From positions 5,969,431-6,033,430 of the forward strand of contig CM119266.1 in the NCBI GenBank assembly GCA_051294375.1: a DNA stretch of 64,000 bases, in the 5' to 3' direction. Made by a program: the position numbers and the translations under genes. Position 1 is the first letter of the stretch, and each line of letters opens with the position of its first letter. Source of the stretch: Paraspadella gotoi (Eukaryota > Animalia > Chaetognatha). Of this stretch, positions 37,176 through 50,180 are shown one piece after another. Below the pieces are notes generated by a model, which was given only the letters and a program-made list of their open reading frames with translations, was not told the DNA's origin and ran no database searches.

Positions 37176-38959
37176 GAAATCTTCATCCATAATTCTTTAA
37201 ACTTAAGACGTGATTGGCTCACCGGTCACTTAAAACTCGATTATGATTGGTTCTCACCTCATCTTGAACGTGAGATTTGAGAATCGAAGAATTAAAGAAG
37301 GAAATGGATGACGTTCAAGATGAGGTGAGAACCAATCATAATCGAGTTTTAAAGTGACCGGTGAGCCAATCACGTCTTAAGTTTAAAGAATTATGGATGA
37401 AGATTTCTTCTTTGACAACCCTTGCCAGCGGTGAACGGGTGCTGCGCTTGCACAATGCTTGAGAGTTTATTCATTCTCCAAGGTGGTTGACGGCATCCTT
37501 ATGCAGCGCGTATCGATCTCAGTACCTACTTTAATCATGAGCTCACGGCTTTACTCAATTACCCACCGGGTTCCAAAACTGAGAGTGCACAGGATGAGAT
37601 GAACGAATTTAGATTTAGTGTTGAGTCGAACTTAATCGTAATTGTATTTCCAATGTAACAAGTCTAAAAACGTTGCTTGGCAACCAGGCCGACGCTCAAG
37701 GACAACAATGTCGTCGTCTTCAGCGAGCAACGAAGATTTGGAAGATCAGGTGTCGGCGATGAAGGTGCAGCTCGATCACGTGACAGCAAGGGCGAGAGCC
37801 AATCAGGGCAGGGTGCAGGTAATACCCTAATTATTTCTGTTTTATTTGAATCTTTTTTATCTTTCTTTCTTTCAAGAATCTTCACTTTAACTTACTTTTT
37901 ATCTTTCTGTTTTTCTATCTTTATATCCTGATGCATCACTGACTTCTTCTCTTTCTCTCGGTCTATCTTTAAATCTCTCCACATCTCTTTCCAGGAATAA
38001 ATCACTTTTACTTACCTATTTTTTCTGTCTTTAAATCTTTCTATCTTTCTTTCCAGAATACTCACTTTTCCCTTCCTATTTTTTCTGTCTATCTTTAATC
38101 TTTCACTTTTTATCCATTATCATCACCTTAACTTACCTATTTTTTTTTATCTTTAAATCTGTCTATTCTTTAAATCCAGATGCATCAACGACTTGGATCC
38201 GAATCAAAACTTCGACTTCTTCGTCGAATCGACAAAAATCGAACTTCGAAGAAGATCGACGGTCGCTTCACCCCCGCCAGGTGTCCTCCTCGTCTTCGAT
38301 TGAAAGGCATTCGTCCAAACGAGAGGGACATGTCGCTATCAGAGCTGTCTTCGGTGGCAGACACCAATGCATTGAGAGGCTGCAGTCTGAAAGTGTTTAA
38401 AGGGAGTAAGTTAGGAAGGGAAGGGAGGGGGAGGATTTGGAAGGAGGAAGAGGGGAGGGGGGTGGGGAAAGATAGAGGAAGAGAGGGAGAAGGGGAAGGG
38501 GGCGGGTGAGGAGAGGGGAGGTGGTGGAAATAAGGAGAAGGGGAAGGGGAAGAGTGCGAGATTGGAAGGAGAGGAAGAGGGCGGAGTGACCAGGTCGGCT
38601 GGGCCTGGTCCACTCCGATACTCAAGAAAATAAATCGGCATTCCGCCTTTCGGCTTTTCCTTCTCTTTGTGTTGCTTGAGCCTCCCGTCTCTTTCGCCAT
38701 CGGAAAGGATGTTCCCGCTAGAAACCGCCCGTGGAGGTAGAGACGTACTTCAAACATGTGTCCTCGTCGTCGTCGTATTCGTCGTCGTCGTTGTCGTCGT
38801 CTCCTTTTTGCTTTATTTACCGTAACAAAATAAATCTGAAAATGATGCGTCGTTCCAAATAACTGATGGAGCAAATATTGTTTGACATTTTCCACATATG
38901 GAATACAAATAGAAAAATACTATCGGTAGCGTATTTCAATATTTCTCTCTCTCTGCTCT

Positions 38960-38999
<40 letters not shown>

Positions 39000-41549
39000 C
39001 TCTCTCTCTCTCTTCTCATCTCTCTCTCTCTCTCTCTCTTCCTTCAGGCCTTATCGACATCTCGCCGAACGTTTGTTCGGAACACATCGTCGTCATTGGT
39101 CGTCTCGTCGTCGTCGTCGTCTCCCAACGAATCTCCTCGTGACGTTCGAGCAAAAAGTCGCCAACATGGAGAGAGAGGAGTTTTTCAAGTTCAGTGACTG
39201 ACTGATTGATTTATTGATTGGTAAAAGTTTGAAAAATTGAAGTTCGAGTCAGTGACTTATTTATTAATGAATTAATTTTTTTTTGACAGGTCAATATTTG
39301 ACTATTTTGAAAGTTCAATGTAGCGTTATAACAAATTGAATGATTGATTGTTTAATTTGATTGATCTTATTGATCAATTGATATATTATTGGTTTAATTG
39401 ATATAAATGGTTGGTTTTATTGATTGGTTTGTTGATAGATTGATTGATTGAATTGACACATTTAGAACGCATCGACCGATTTGGTGGCCATAGAAGCGAA
39501 AGGAAAATTTCCGTCGACCGCGTCGATCAAACGACGACGTCAATCGCGACCACGCCCGCAGACAGACACACCCACAGCGACGCCCACAAACGACGATGAC
39601 GACGACGCCAACAAGGACGACCACAAAAGACATCCACAAAGACATCAACAGCGAAGGCCACAGCGTAACCCACGAAGATATGTCTCTCTAAGAACTCTGA
39701 CTACAGTATGGCCGCTTCTTCCCGACGGAAGTGAAACAAGCCTCGGACGCGGCCGCTGCTGCTGCGGACTCCGGGGACGCCGCCACTGCCGCCAGAAGAC
39801 GAGGGGAACGCCGCAGCGGACGCAGGGGACGCCGCAGCGAACGCCAATGCTGCTTCTACCGACGGCGCCTTCGACACTTCTATTTATTTTGAGCGAAGAT
39901 TTGAAAGTTTTTGCCGATTTTCTTAAAAAATATTGATTTTTTTTAAGTATGTTTTTAAAAAATTAATACAAGTATTAATTAAAATATTGAATATTGCTAT
40001 GTATTGTAGATAAATAGGAAAAACGGTTTAAAGAAATGATTATAAATTTTACTATTCAAAAATCTAAAATTTTTGTATTCTCTTTTTAAGTATTTAAAAT
40101 GAATATGGAAGAAAGAACCAAAATTAGAATCACAAATTCAACTAATAAAGTATAATTTATAAGTTAATTTCGCATCAATCTTTATTTGTTATCACACGGA
40201 CTACAACAAAATTAATTAAAAAAAAAAGCGACGTCATTTGTGGCAAAAATACAAGTAGCGGATATGATTTCTTCATCCATGTCTAAAGTAATGACTAAAT
40301 ACTGGGAGGCCCAGTCTTTTTGGAACGAAATTAAAAAGTTCCTTTTTACGGGTAAATAAAAGAATAATTAAAATTGGTACCCATGTAAAAAATTGTCATG
40401 ACAATACAATATATTTAAAACCATGATCTTCTGTGTCCAGAGTAGGCGGCGCATACTTTTGCAACCTCGCACAAGTTGGGAAAGCTGCCATTCTTACTAC
40501 TATTACCGCTATCAGAAAGTAGACAATTCCCATAAGGGATGCGTGGGATATTCTGCTTCTCTCTTCCTACATTTTCATTATGTATGTTCCCCTGTTATAA
40601 TTGCAGTCAAAAAAAACTGCTAAAACATCATAAAATTTTTGTAAAGAAACTCGTCGTGTGAAATCGCGGCTTGTGAGCTTGTTGATTAAAGTAAATACAT
40701 TTTCCATGTGCCAAGTTAGAGGGTGAACAAGTTTGAGCAAAACATTGCCATATCTGCCCACACTAATTTAGTTATCTTCAGCCACTTATACGTAAATTTA
40801 TAAAGAAAAAAGAAAAATTAATTTTTGCAAAAGGACCAAACAATACTTTAAAAAGATGTGATTTTCTTTTAAATTTCATAAACATTGAGGTTTTTTTATT
40901 TTGTGTCTCAAACAGAAATCATAAGGAAGAGGAAAGACTTGGTGATTTCCACCCGGAGGAGGAATATCAGAGACGTCAAAATCTCTAAATCTTCATAGTC
41001 CTCAAGAAACATTATTTTACTTATTCTTGTTTCATTTAACTCTCTCTGTTATGAAACTTCATGTTCTACAACAGCAACACCGATGGGTTTTTTTCACCAA
41101 ACTTCTGCAGCAACTTCTTTAACATCAACGGGACTTGTGAACAACAATCTCCGCTCAGCATCACGACGGACAAAAATGCGAAGAAACTTAATGTAGAAAA
41201 AATTGTTACAATTTTGCTCTTGAATACAATTCGCTCTCGATTTTGATTCACCATTTTCGCGACCGAGTTGACAATTTTGTTTCAATTAATTTAATGTCTG
41301 ACTCGATGCTAAAACAACCAAATTTGAAAAAAAAAGTTAATTAGAAAATTATAACGACTGGAGAAATTAGTAAAGTTTTCTTTCTCGATAAAATCATTTG
41401 TCTTCAGCGGGTTTTTTTTTGTTTTTTCCTTTTTCTCAAATTTTTTTTAGTTTTCAGACGTCGATTTTCGTTTTATTTCAAAATCGTCTGTGGACGTCAT
41501 TTGCTCAGTTTTTTTAAAAAAAGTAAGTTTCATAAAAAAAGACGACGAT

Positions 41550-41581
<32 letters not shown>

Positions 41582-42472
41582 TAAAGACTAAGATGACGAC
41601 GGAAATATCGCAGTGAGATTAAAAAAAAGAAAACGTGCAATAATAAAAAATAATATAAAAAAATTAATAAAACAACTGAAATAACTATTACTGATTACAA
41701 CGACGACGATAACTACGACGACAGCGACGACGATCGTAACGACGATAACGACGACGACGACGACGATGATGTTTTGCGAATTACTTCGGACGTTTTTACA
41801 GATATTTTCTCCCCATAAAATGGAGGACCGACAGATAAGATTAATCGATCGCTCGGGTTTTTTCGCGCGAGATATTAGCGTCGGGCATTTATTTTTCTCA
41901 TTAATAAATTGATTAATTACGAGTTTAGCTAAAATGATATAAAAGAAAAGAGTGAGAGATAGTGTGAGGGGGTCTTTGCTACAAAAAAAGTACTATACAT
42001 TTTTTTTTTCATAATCAATGGACTCGTTATATTAAAAAAATGTTGTGAAAAAGTTAACTTTTGAGAATCACGAAAAAGTCACGACTTTGTATCTAGTGAT
42101 AGTATTGTGAAAAGCAGACGTGCGTTGAAAATCATCAAAAGAACAAACAGAACAAAAGAATGTTTTTTTTTTGTCATAAATTTATTTTCGAATTCAAAAA
42201 TATTTTTTTGATTTTCTCTTCTTTTTGATGACAATAAATCATTCGAGTTTTCTCGGATGTAAAGTTAAACAAGTTATGGTGGAGGATAATAATAAGAGAT
42301 GACACGACGACGACAACAACGACGACAGCGACGACGACAACAACGACGACAGCGACGACGACAATGACGACGACAAGACCCGGAAAAAAGTTCTAAAATA
42401 TTTAGAAACCAATTTATCTCTTGACTTCTTCTCGCCCGAAGTAAACGAATTTTTGTTCGACAATCTCTCTCT

Positions 42473-42527
<55 letters not shown>

Positions 42528-45244
42528 CTCTCCTTTTCCTCTCTCTCTTTCTCTCTCTCTCTTCTCGCGAAACTTACTCAACTCGCTAACTCATTTTCTA
42601 AGCGTAAATCTATCTCGAAAATTCCAGGATTAACCCACATCAACCTCTCTCTCATCTCTCTCTCCTCTCTCGTCTCTCTCTCATCCTCTCTCCTCTATCT
42701 CTCTCTTCTCTTCTACTCTCCTCTCTCTCTCTCAACCCGGAAGCGATAGCAACCTTCGCTCTTCGCTCGTTGTCTCTCTTAAATTTTCTCTTTACCGCCT
42801 TCGATTTGCTCATTCACTCATTCACCGAAATTCACGGACTCGCGTTTTCGCCTTCACAACTCACCACGTTTGCGCCTTCACCACCCCCTTTCGGCACTAT
42901 TCACCCCTCGCTCATCCACCCCTTTTCCACTTAATCACCCCTCGCTTCATCACCCCCTTCGCACTAATCCACCCCTCGGCTCATCACTCCCTTTCGCCAC
43001 TAATCACCCCTCGCCTCATCAACTCCCTCGCTTCATCACTCCCTCGCTCATCAGTCCTCAGCAAATCACACCTTAAAGGCAAAATCACTCCAACGGGGTA
43101 TAGTATCACCGACAGCAAAATTTCGTTGAAATATTAGTTTTCACAACGAAATGTGTTGACAAAATCAGAAAAACAAACTCAGAAGACTCCAATATATTTA
43201 ATTACCTAAAAAAACTTCATCTTTAAGGGATTTCAGTTTTTAGGTTGCCGCCGAGAGTCGTCGGAACGATTCCTTTAAGACACTTTGGGGGTCGGTCGGT
43301 CGCCTGCGTCGGTCGGGTCGGTCGGGAGTCGGCTTCGGTCGGTCGCTAAGTCGGTTCGTCGGTCGGTCTGTCGTCGGCTGAGTCGTGTCGGTCGGTCGGT
43401 GAGTCGGGTCGGTCGCGTACTGAGTCGGTCCGGTTCGGTCGGTGAGTCCGGTCTGGTCGGTCGGTGGGATCGGTCGTGTCGGTCGCTGCAGTTCGGTCGG
43501 GCTCGGTCACTGAGTCCGGTCGGTCGGTGAGTCGGTCGTCGGTCGGTGAGTCGGTACGGTCGGTCGGTGAGTCGGTCGGTCGGTTTGCTGAGTCGGCCGG
43601 TCGGTTCACTGAGTCTTGGTCGGTCGGCGGTGTGAGTCGGTCGGTCCGGTCGGTGAGTCGTCGGTCGGTCGGTGAGTCGGTCGGTCAGGTCGATGAGTTC
43701 GGTCGGTCGGTCGGCTGAGTCGGTCGGTCGGCGTCGTCGTTGAGATCGGTCGGTCGGTCACTGAGTCGGTCGGTCGGTCGGTGAGTCGGTCGCGGTCGGT
43801 CGCTGAGTCGGTCGGTCGGTCGCTGAGTCGGTCGGTGTCGTCGGTCACTGAGTCGGTCGGCTCGGTCGCTGAGTCGGATTCGGTTCGGTCGGCGGTCGGT
43901 TCGGTGGAGTCGGTCCGGTCGGTCGCTGAGTCGGTTCGGTCGGTCGCTGAGTCGGTCGGTCGGTCACTGAGTGGCTCGGTTCGGATCGCTGAGTCGGTCG
44001 GTCGGTCGCTGAGATCGGTCAGGTCGGTCGTCTGGTCGGTCCGGCACCTGCTCGGTCGAGGTCGCTTGAGCTCGGTCGGTTTCCGGCCATCGGTCACTGA
44101 GTCGCGTTCGGATCGCGTCGCTGTAGTTCGGTTCGGTCGTGTCGGCTCGCTCGGTCGGTGAGTCGGTCGGTCGGTCGCTGAGTCGGTCGGTCGTCGCTGA
44201 GTCGAGTCGGTACGGCGTCACTGAGTCGCTCGGTCGGTCGTGAGTTTGAGTCGGTCGGTCGCGTCGCTGAGCTCGGTCGGTCGGTCGCTGAGTCGGTCGT
44301 CCGGATTCGGCATCGGTCGGTGTGAGTCGGTCGGTCGGTCGTGAGTTTCGGGACATGTCGGTCGGTCACTGATCGGTTCGGTCGGTCGCCTGACAAGATC
44401 GGTCGGCAATCGGATCAGCCTAGAGTCAGCGCTCGGTCGGTCACTGAGTCGGTCGGTCGGTCGCTGAAGTCGGTCGGCGGTCGCTGACGGTCGGATCTTC
44501 GGATTCGTGTCGCTGGCAGTCGGTCGGGTCGGGGTGCCATCGGTCCTCGCGTCGCTCGTGCAGCGGTCGGTTGGGCGCTGGAGTCGGCTCGGGTCGGTCA
44601 CTGAGTCGGTCCATCGGCCTCGGATCGGTGAGAATCGGTCGGTCGCGTCGGTGAGTCGGTCCGGTCGGGTCGCTGAGTCGGTCCGGTCAGGTCACTGAGC
44701 GCCTTCGGTCGGTCGGTGAGTCGGTCGGTCGGTCGCTGAGTCGGCTCGGTTCGGTCGCTGAGTCGGTCGGTCGGTCTCACTGAGTCGGCGTCGGTCGGTC
44801 ACTGAGTCGGTCGGCGGTCGGTGAGCTCGGTCGGGTCGGTCCGGTGAGGTCGGTCGGTCGGTCGCTGAGTCGGTCGGTCGGTCACCTGAGGTCGCGTCGG
44901 TCGGTCGGTGAGTGGCTCGGTCTGGTCCGCTGAGTCGGTCGGTCGGTCACTGAGTCGGTCGGTCGGTCGGTGAGTCGGTCGGTCGGTGTTGAGTGCGGTT
45001 CGGTCGGTCGGTGAGTCGGTTTTCGGTCCGGGTTCGCTGAGTCGGCGGTCGGTCACTGAGATCGGTCGGTCGGTCTGTTGGTTCGGTGGGTCGAACGGCT
45101 AGGTTCATCTGTTCGCCGTCCTGTATGTCCTACTTGATTATTAAAATAGTGAATCCGATAATAATGATTTAATAATCGATTATTATATATTTCATACTAT
45201 TGTTCGTCACGTGATTCCANNNNNNNNNNNNNNNNNNNNNNNNN

Positions 45245-45279
45245 GTTTCTTTATCTCTGTTTCGTAGGATTCGATTCTC
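45245..45279 (-). CDS. CCDC102: CCDC102-like exon, 5' part (remainder at 37272-37324 on + and 37258-37271 on -)
   Basis: Joined pieces read RRIESYETEIKKLRFGIEELKKELDDVQDE, similar to recalled CCDC102A [30 protein letters not shown]. Confidence 0.75.
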
Positions 45280-45587
45280 CTGTAGAAAAAAAAACAAAAA
45301 ACAAAGATAAATCACAAAAAGATGGAAAAAAACTATTATGCCAAAAACGTTGTAATTGTTAAAAATCTTTTAAAATAGTCCTCGTCGTTACTCATAAATC
45401 TCCTCAGATACCCGACTTATTTTCCATTTCACCTAAGATCTCCAATTATCCCCTCAAAATCCCTTGATCCCCTCACATGTACGCATGCGCGAGTTTGCTC
45501 TTTCTCTCGCTGAGAATCATCTCAAGCAGATCCCCCCTCAAATGATCCCCTCTATGATCCCCTCAAAATCCCTAATGATCCCCTCAC

Positions 45588-45715
45588 CTGTGCGCATGAG
45601 CAAGCTCGCTCGTTCTCTCGCTGAGAATCTTCTTGAGTTTGAGATGCGATGATCGGGATTCCATCAACTCTTTCGCCCGCGATCGAAGATCGGACTCCAG
45701 CGCGGATCGATCGCT
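45588..45715 (-). CDS. CCDC102: CCDC102-like exon
   Basis: Reads SDRSALESDLRSRAKELMESRSSHLKLKKILSERTSELAHAH(R). AG/GT flanked, phase 0/2. Confidence 0.8.
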
Positions 45716-45788
45716 CTGTTCAAAAATATAAAACTTTAATCTCATTTGCATATTGAAGCTTGTATTTTTTTTTTTTTTTTAATTTTAC

Positions 45789-45953
45789 CAGAGCCGAGGC
45801 GGCGTCGGCGGTCTTCTTCGCTTCCAATTGACTCTGCAATTCCTCGATTTGTTGCTTCAATCTTTTGTTTTCTCTCTCCATCACGAGTCTGTGAGTTTCC
45901 AAACGCTCGCAGCGACTCCACTCTTCAGCGTTTTCCTTCTCCAACAACTCGAG
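45789..45953 (-). CDS. CCDC102: CCDC102-like exon
   Basis: LELLEKENAEEWSRCERLETHRLVMERENKRLKQQIEEL matches the recalled family motif ENA.EW..RERLETEKL.LERENKKL. Confidence 0.85.
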
Positions 45954-46271
45954 CTTGAGAGGGACAAAAGAACATCGGAAGAGAGTTGGGGTTTGTTCAA
46001 TATATATTATAGTCTATCGCTAAATAAATTTAAAAAGAAATAGCCAAATATATAAAGGTATAAATAAGCAGTTTAATAGATAAATGAGAAACAGATAAGT
46101 AAATAAATATATAAAAAAGAAAAAAGCTGATAAATAAACAAACAAATACATCAAATGAATAAGTACAAACCATTAGGTAAAATATTGAATAGTTAAATGA
46201 ACAAGTAACTAATGAATAAATAAATAATAAATAAATTAAATAATAGATTAATCCCCCCCTTCCACACCGAC

Positions 46272-46445
46272 CTGTTTCCTCATTTCCGCCATCTTCCCTT
46301 CCACCTCCTCTCGTGCCTCCATCTCCTCCTCCAGATTGAGCGAGGTTCGCCCCAACGCTTCGCTGTGCTCCAACTTCAACTCCCCCAACTCCTCGTCGAC
46401 GGTCGCCTTCGCCGCCGCCAACTCGGAGGCGCGGAGGCGAGAGGC
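46272..46445 (-). CDS. CCDC102: CCDC102-like exon
   Basis: Reads ASRLRASELAAAKATVDEELGELKLEHSEALGRTSLNLEEEMEAREEVEGKMAEMRKQ; 174 nt, phase 0/0. Confidence 0.8.
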
Positions 46446-46848
46446 CTGGATGTATTAACATGTGTAAACGATGATGATTATTAACAGTATGTACTGTACG
46501 AATCTATAATTACAGTATATTGACGGATTTATTGATATCTAAATTAATTAGTAAACTTCAGAAAAAAGTTTTTGTTTTTAAATTTTTTGTAAATGGAAAT
46601 AAAATTTAATTTCTTTAATTTTTAAGTTCTAATAAAGAAACGATGAATTGAAAAAAACTTTTTAATCATTTTTCACGGCCTCAAAATTCTTTCCTGTTTT
46701 GATTGATTAATAAATATATTTTTTCTTTAATTTGTTTTATTTTCTATTACTACATTTTACTATTGCATACGTTTATTCCTTGAATTATCACTCACTCGAT
46801 TCACTCTTTACTCCTCCCCCCTCTCTCACCCCCCCCCCCCCTCGCTAG

Positions 46849-46939
46849 ACTCAAAAAGGCCAGCCGCGCCCTCTCACTCGAACGCGAACGATCCGCCCGC
46901 TTCCTCCACAGACTCGACGCTGTCGCCTCCGAACTCCAA
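46849..46939 (+). CDS. CCDC102: CCDC102-like exon placed in inverted orientation by the assembly
   Basis: Reads (R)LKKASRALSLERERSARFLHRLDAVASELQ. Its phase 2 start matches the donor at 49119, and its phase 0 end matches the exon at 46445. Confidence 0.65.
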
Positions 46940-49119
46940 GTTGAGGCTGGACGCGGGTCTTCGTCAATCATTACTTCTCTATTGTTTAATGATTTAATGT
47001 TATTTCGATAATAATCGCATTTTAAGGCTGTTTTAAAGACGAATATAAATCGGAAATTACAAATTAAAGTACTATCCTTGAGTAAATCTATGAAATTTAA
47101 AAATGCCTTTTTTTTAACAATTTTTAAATTCAAAAGTCAAAGAAAAATTATTATTCAAACTTTTGAGGCCGTGAAAAATGATTAAAAAGTTTTTTTCAAT
47201 TTATCCTTTCTTTATTAGAACTTAAAAATTAAAGAAATTAAATTTGAATTCATTTACAAAAAATTTTAAAAACAAAAAACTTTTTCTGAAAGTTTACTAA
47301 TTAATTTAGATATCATAAATCCGTCATATATACTGTAATTATAATTCGTACAGTACATACTGTTAATAATCATCATGCGTTACCAACATGTTAATACTCC
47401 AGGCCTCTCGCCTCCGCGCCTCCGAGTTGGCGGCGGCGAAGGCGACCGTCGACGAGGAGTTGGGGGAGTTGAAGTTGGAGGCACAGCGAAGCGTTGGGGC
47501 GAACCTCGCTCAATCTGGAGGAGGAGATGGAGGCCGAGAGGAGGTGGAAGGGAAGATGGCGGAAATGAGAAACAGGTCGGTGTGGAAGGGGGGATTAATC
47601 TATTATTTAATTATTTATTATTTATTTATTCATTAGTTACTTGTTCATTTAACTATTCAATATTTTACCTAATGGTTTGTACTTATTTCATTTGATGTAT
47701 TTGTTTGTTTATTTATCAGCTTTTTTCTTTTTATTATTTATTTACTTATCTGTTTTCTCATTTATCTATTAAACTGCTTATTTATACCTTTATATATCTT
47801 GGCTATTTCTTTTTAAATTTATTTAGCGATAGACTATAATATATATTGAACAAACCCCAACTTCTCTTCCGATGTTCTTTTGTCCCTCTCAAGCTCGAGT
47901 TGTTGGAGAAGGAAAACGCTGAGAGTGGAGTCGCTGGCGAGCGTTTGGAAAACTCACAGACTCCGTGATGGAGGAGAAGAAAACAAAAGATTGAAGCAAC
48001 AAATCGAGGAATTGCAGAGTCAATTGGAAGCGAAGAGAAGACCGCCGACGCCGCCTCGGCTCTGGTAAAATTAAAAAAAAAAAAAAATACAAGCTTCAAT
48101 ATGCAAATGAGATTAAAGTTTTATATTTTTGAACAGAGCGATCGATCCGCGGCTGGAGTCCGATCTTCGATCTCGGACAAAAGAGTTGATGGAATCCCGA
48201 TCATCGCATCTCAAACTCAAGAAGATTCTCAGCGAGAGAAACGAGCGAGCTAGCTCATGCGCACAGGTGAGGGGATCATTAGGGATTTTGAGGGGATCAT
48301 AGAGGGGATCATTTGAGGGGGGGATCTGCTTAAGATGATTCTCAGCGAGAGAAAGAGCAAACTCGCGCATGCGTACATGTGAAGGGAATCAAGGGATTTT
48401 GAGGGATAATTGGAGATCTTTAGGTGAAATGGAAAATAAGTCGGGTATCTGAGGAGATTTATGAGTACGACGAGGACTATTTTAAAGATTTTTAACAATT
48501 ACAACGTTTTTGGCATAATAGTTTTTTTTCCATGCTCTTTTGTGATTATCTTTGTTTTTTGTTTTTTTTTTCTACAGGAGAATCGAATCCTACGAAACAG
48601 GAGATAAAGAAACTGAGATTTGGAATCGAAGAATTAAAGAAGGAATTGGNNNNNNNNNNNNNNNNNNNNNNNNNTTTTTTTTTTCTTTTATAAAACAGAC
48701 ACGAAATGTACGAATATAATTAAACTAATAAAGGGATTAAATAATAAGCTGGGCGACCCCTCAAGGGTCATTGAAGTTAATTAAACGAATTGATCAAAGT
48801 GAAAAAATTTTTTCAAGAAAATGTCAAAAAGTACAGTACAGTAATTAAAAATTTTACTTTCAGAATGGAGGTGCAGTGTAGTTGAAACTTTTTCTTTTTT
48901 TTTCTTTTTTTATTTCGACGAAAATTGATACGAAATTGGTACAACCACGTGATCTTCCTTTCGATGCTGCATCGTACTTCAATAGAGAAAGTAAAATTCC
49001 AAATCAAGAAACAAATTAATTTTCCCCTTAAAATTTAAGACGGAAATTTGTAATATTTGAAGATACAATATAATGTATTTTAAGTAAAAAAAAACTAATG
49101 TCACAAATAAATTTCTAAC

Positions 49120-49838
49120 CTGAACTCCAAAGCGGCGACTGTCTCTCTTTCGATCCTTTCATCCAAATTCATTCTTCTATGAGCTTTTCTTGGAGACGTT
49201 GCTTCAGCGAGTGCTGTGGTCGATCCCATTGGAGATGTTGCTGCAGCAACTGCTGTGAAAGACGCAGTTGGAGATGTCGCTGCATCATCTGCCGTGAAAT
49301 AAGGTGTAAATTTTGCTGCAGCGCAGATTGAAGAAGAAACTGAAATATCTCCAAGGGATGTTGAAGATCCTCTTGGAGAAGTCATTGCGGCGAGGGGTGT
49401 GGAAGATCCCCTGGGAGAAATTACTGGAGATAAAACGATCGACGCCGCTTTTTCCGTTTCCGGCGCCGATTCCATTCGAGTTCGTGGCGTCAATTTCTCC
49501 GGCGTCGTCGAAACGGCGACGTCACGATTAGAGGGTCGGATGATGCTGCCGCCGCAGCCGCCGCCGTCGACCCGCATCTCCAGCGCAGCGACTTCGATCT
49601 TCAGCGCCGCGTTCTCCATTTTTCCTTTCTCCAATTCCTCGGTTAACGTCTCCCTCTCTCTCTTTCTTTCGACTCTGTCTCTCTTCGATTCTTCTTTTAA
49701 TCTCTCCGCCTCTCTCCGTCTCTCTTCTCTCTCCCGCCGCCACGCCTCTTCCAACGACGCCGCCGTCTCTTCCGCCGCCGCCCGCGCCGCCGACGCCGCC
49801 GCCAGAGCCGACTGAAGGCGGTCGCGCTCGGAGGTGAC
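49120..49838 (-). CDS. CCDC102: CCDC102-like exon (coiled coil followed by Ser/Thr-Pro-rich insert)
   Basis: Reads VTSERDRLQSALAAA...EWRREREERRRE-like coiled coil ...VAALEF(R); 719 nt, phase 0/2. Confidence 0.75.
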
Positions 49839-50180
49839 CTTGAAAGGTGGAGACTGGAGAATTGGATGTTTTCTACAGGAACTCCAGGCTAAAANNNNNN
49901 NNNNNNNNNNNNNNNNNNNGCAAAATCTCTCTGCTCTCTCTCGTCCTCCTGCTCTCTTCTTCGTCTTTCTCACTCTCTCTCCTCTCTGCATCTCGTACTC
50001 GGCGGTTTGTCGGTAAAGAAAGGCGTTTGACATAGACATCGTCCTCAAAGGGAATTTTTTTAATGGATTCCCTCCGCTGTTGTTCAAGAGGAAGGTGCAA
50101 TATAATGTTCCGCGAAAAACGCCCAAAGACATGTTAAGTTTTAGTTTTTTTTTTTAATTGGCTGCTGGCTGCCAAAGCGC

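Larger units (their letters stand above)
28220..45219. other. Large inverted duplication (arms 28220-37271 and 37311-45219), probable gap-filling artefact
   Basis: Arms are reverse complements with indel noise. The 39-bp spacer continues the exon interrupted at 45245. Ends in a 25-N gap. Confidence 0.9.
45245..48649. other. Second inverted duplication (45245-46686 versus 47161-48612), probable artefact
   Basis: Right arm is a frameshifted reverse complement of four exons; flanked by 25-N gaps. Confidence 0.9.

Noticed and set aside
28220-45219. 17-kb palindrome as a real foldback element or amplicon
   Set aside because: The breakpoint splits a conserved exon, the arms carry read-type indels, and the block ends in a 25-N gap, so an artefact is more parsimonious.
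47375-48649. Second, plus-strand CCDC102 paralogue
   Set aside because: It is a frameshifted mirror of 45245-46686 and part of the inverted artefact.
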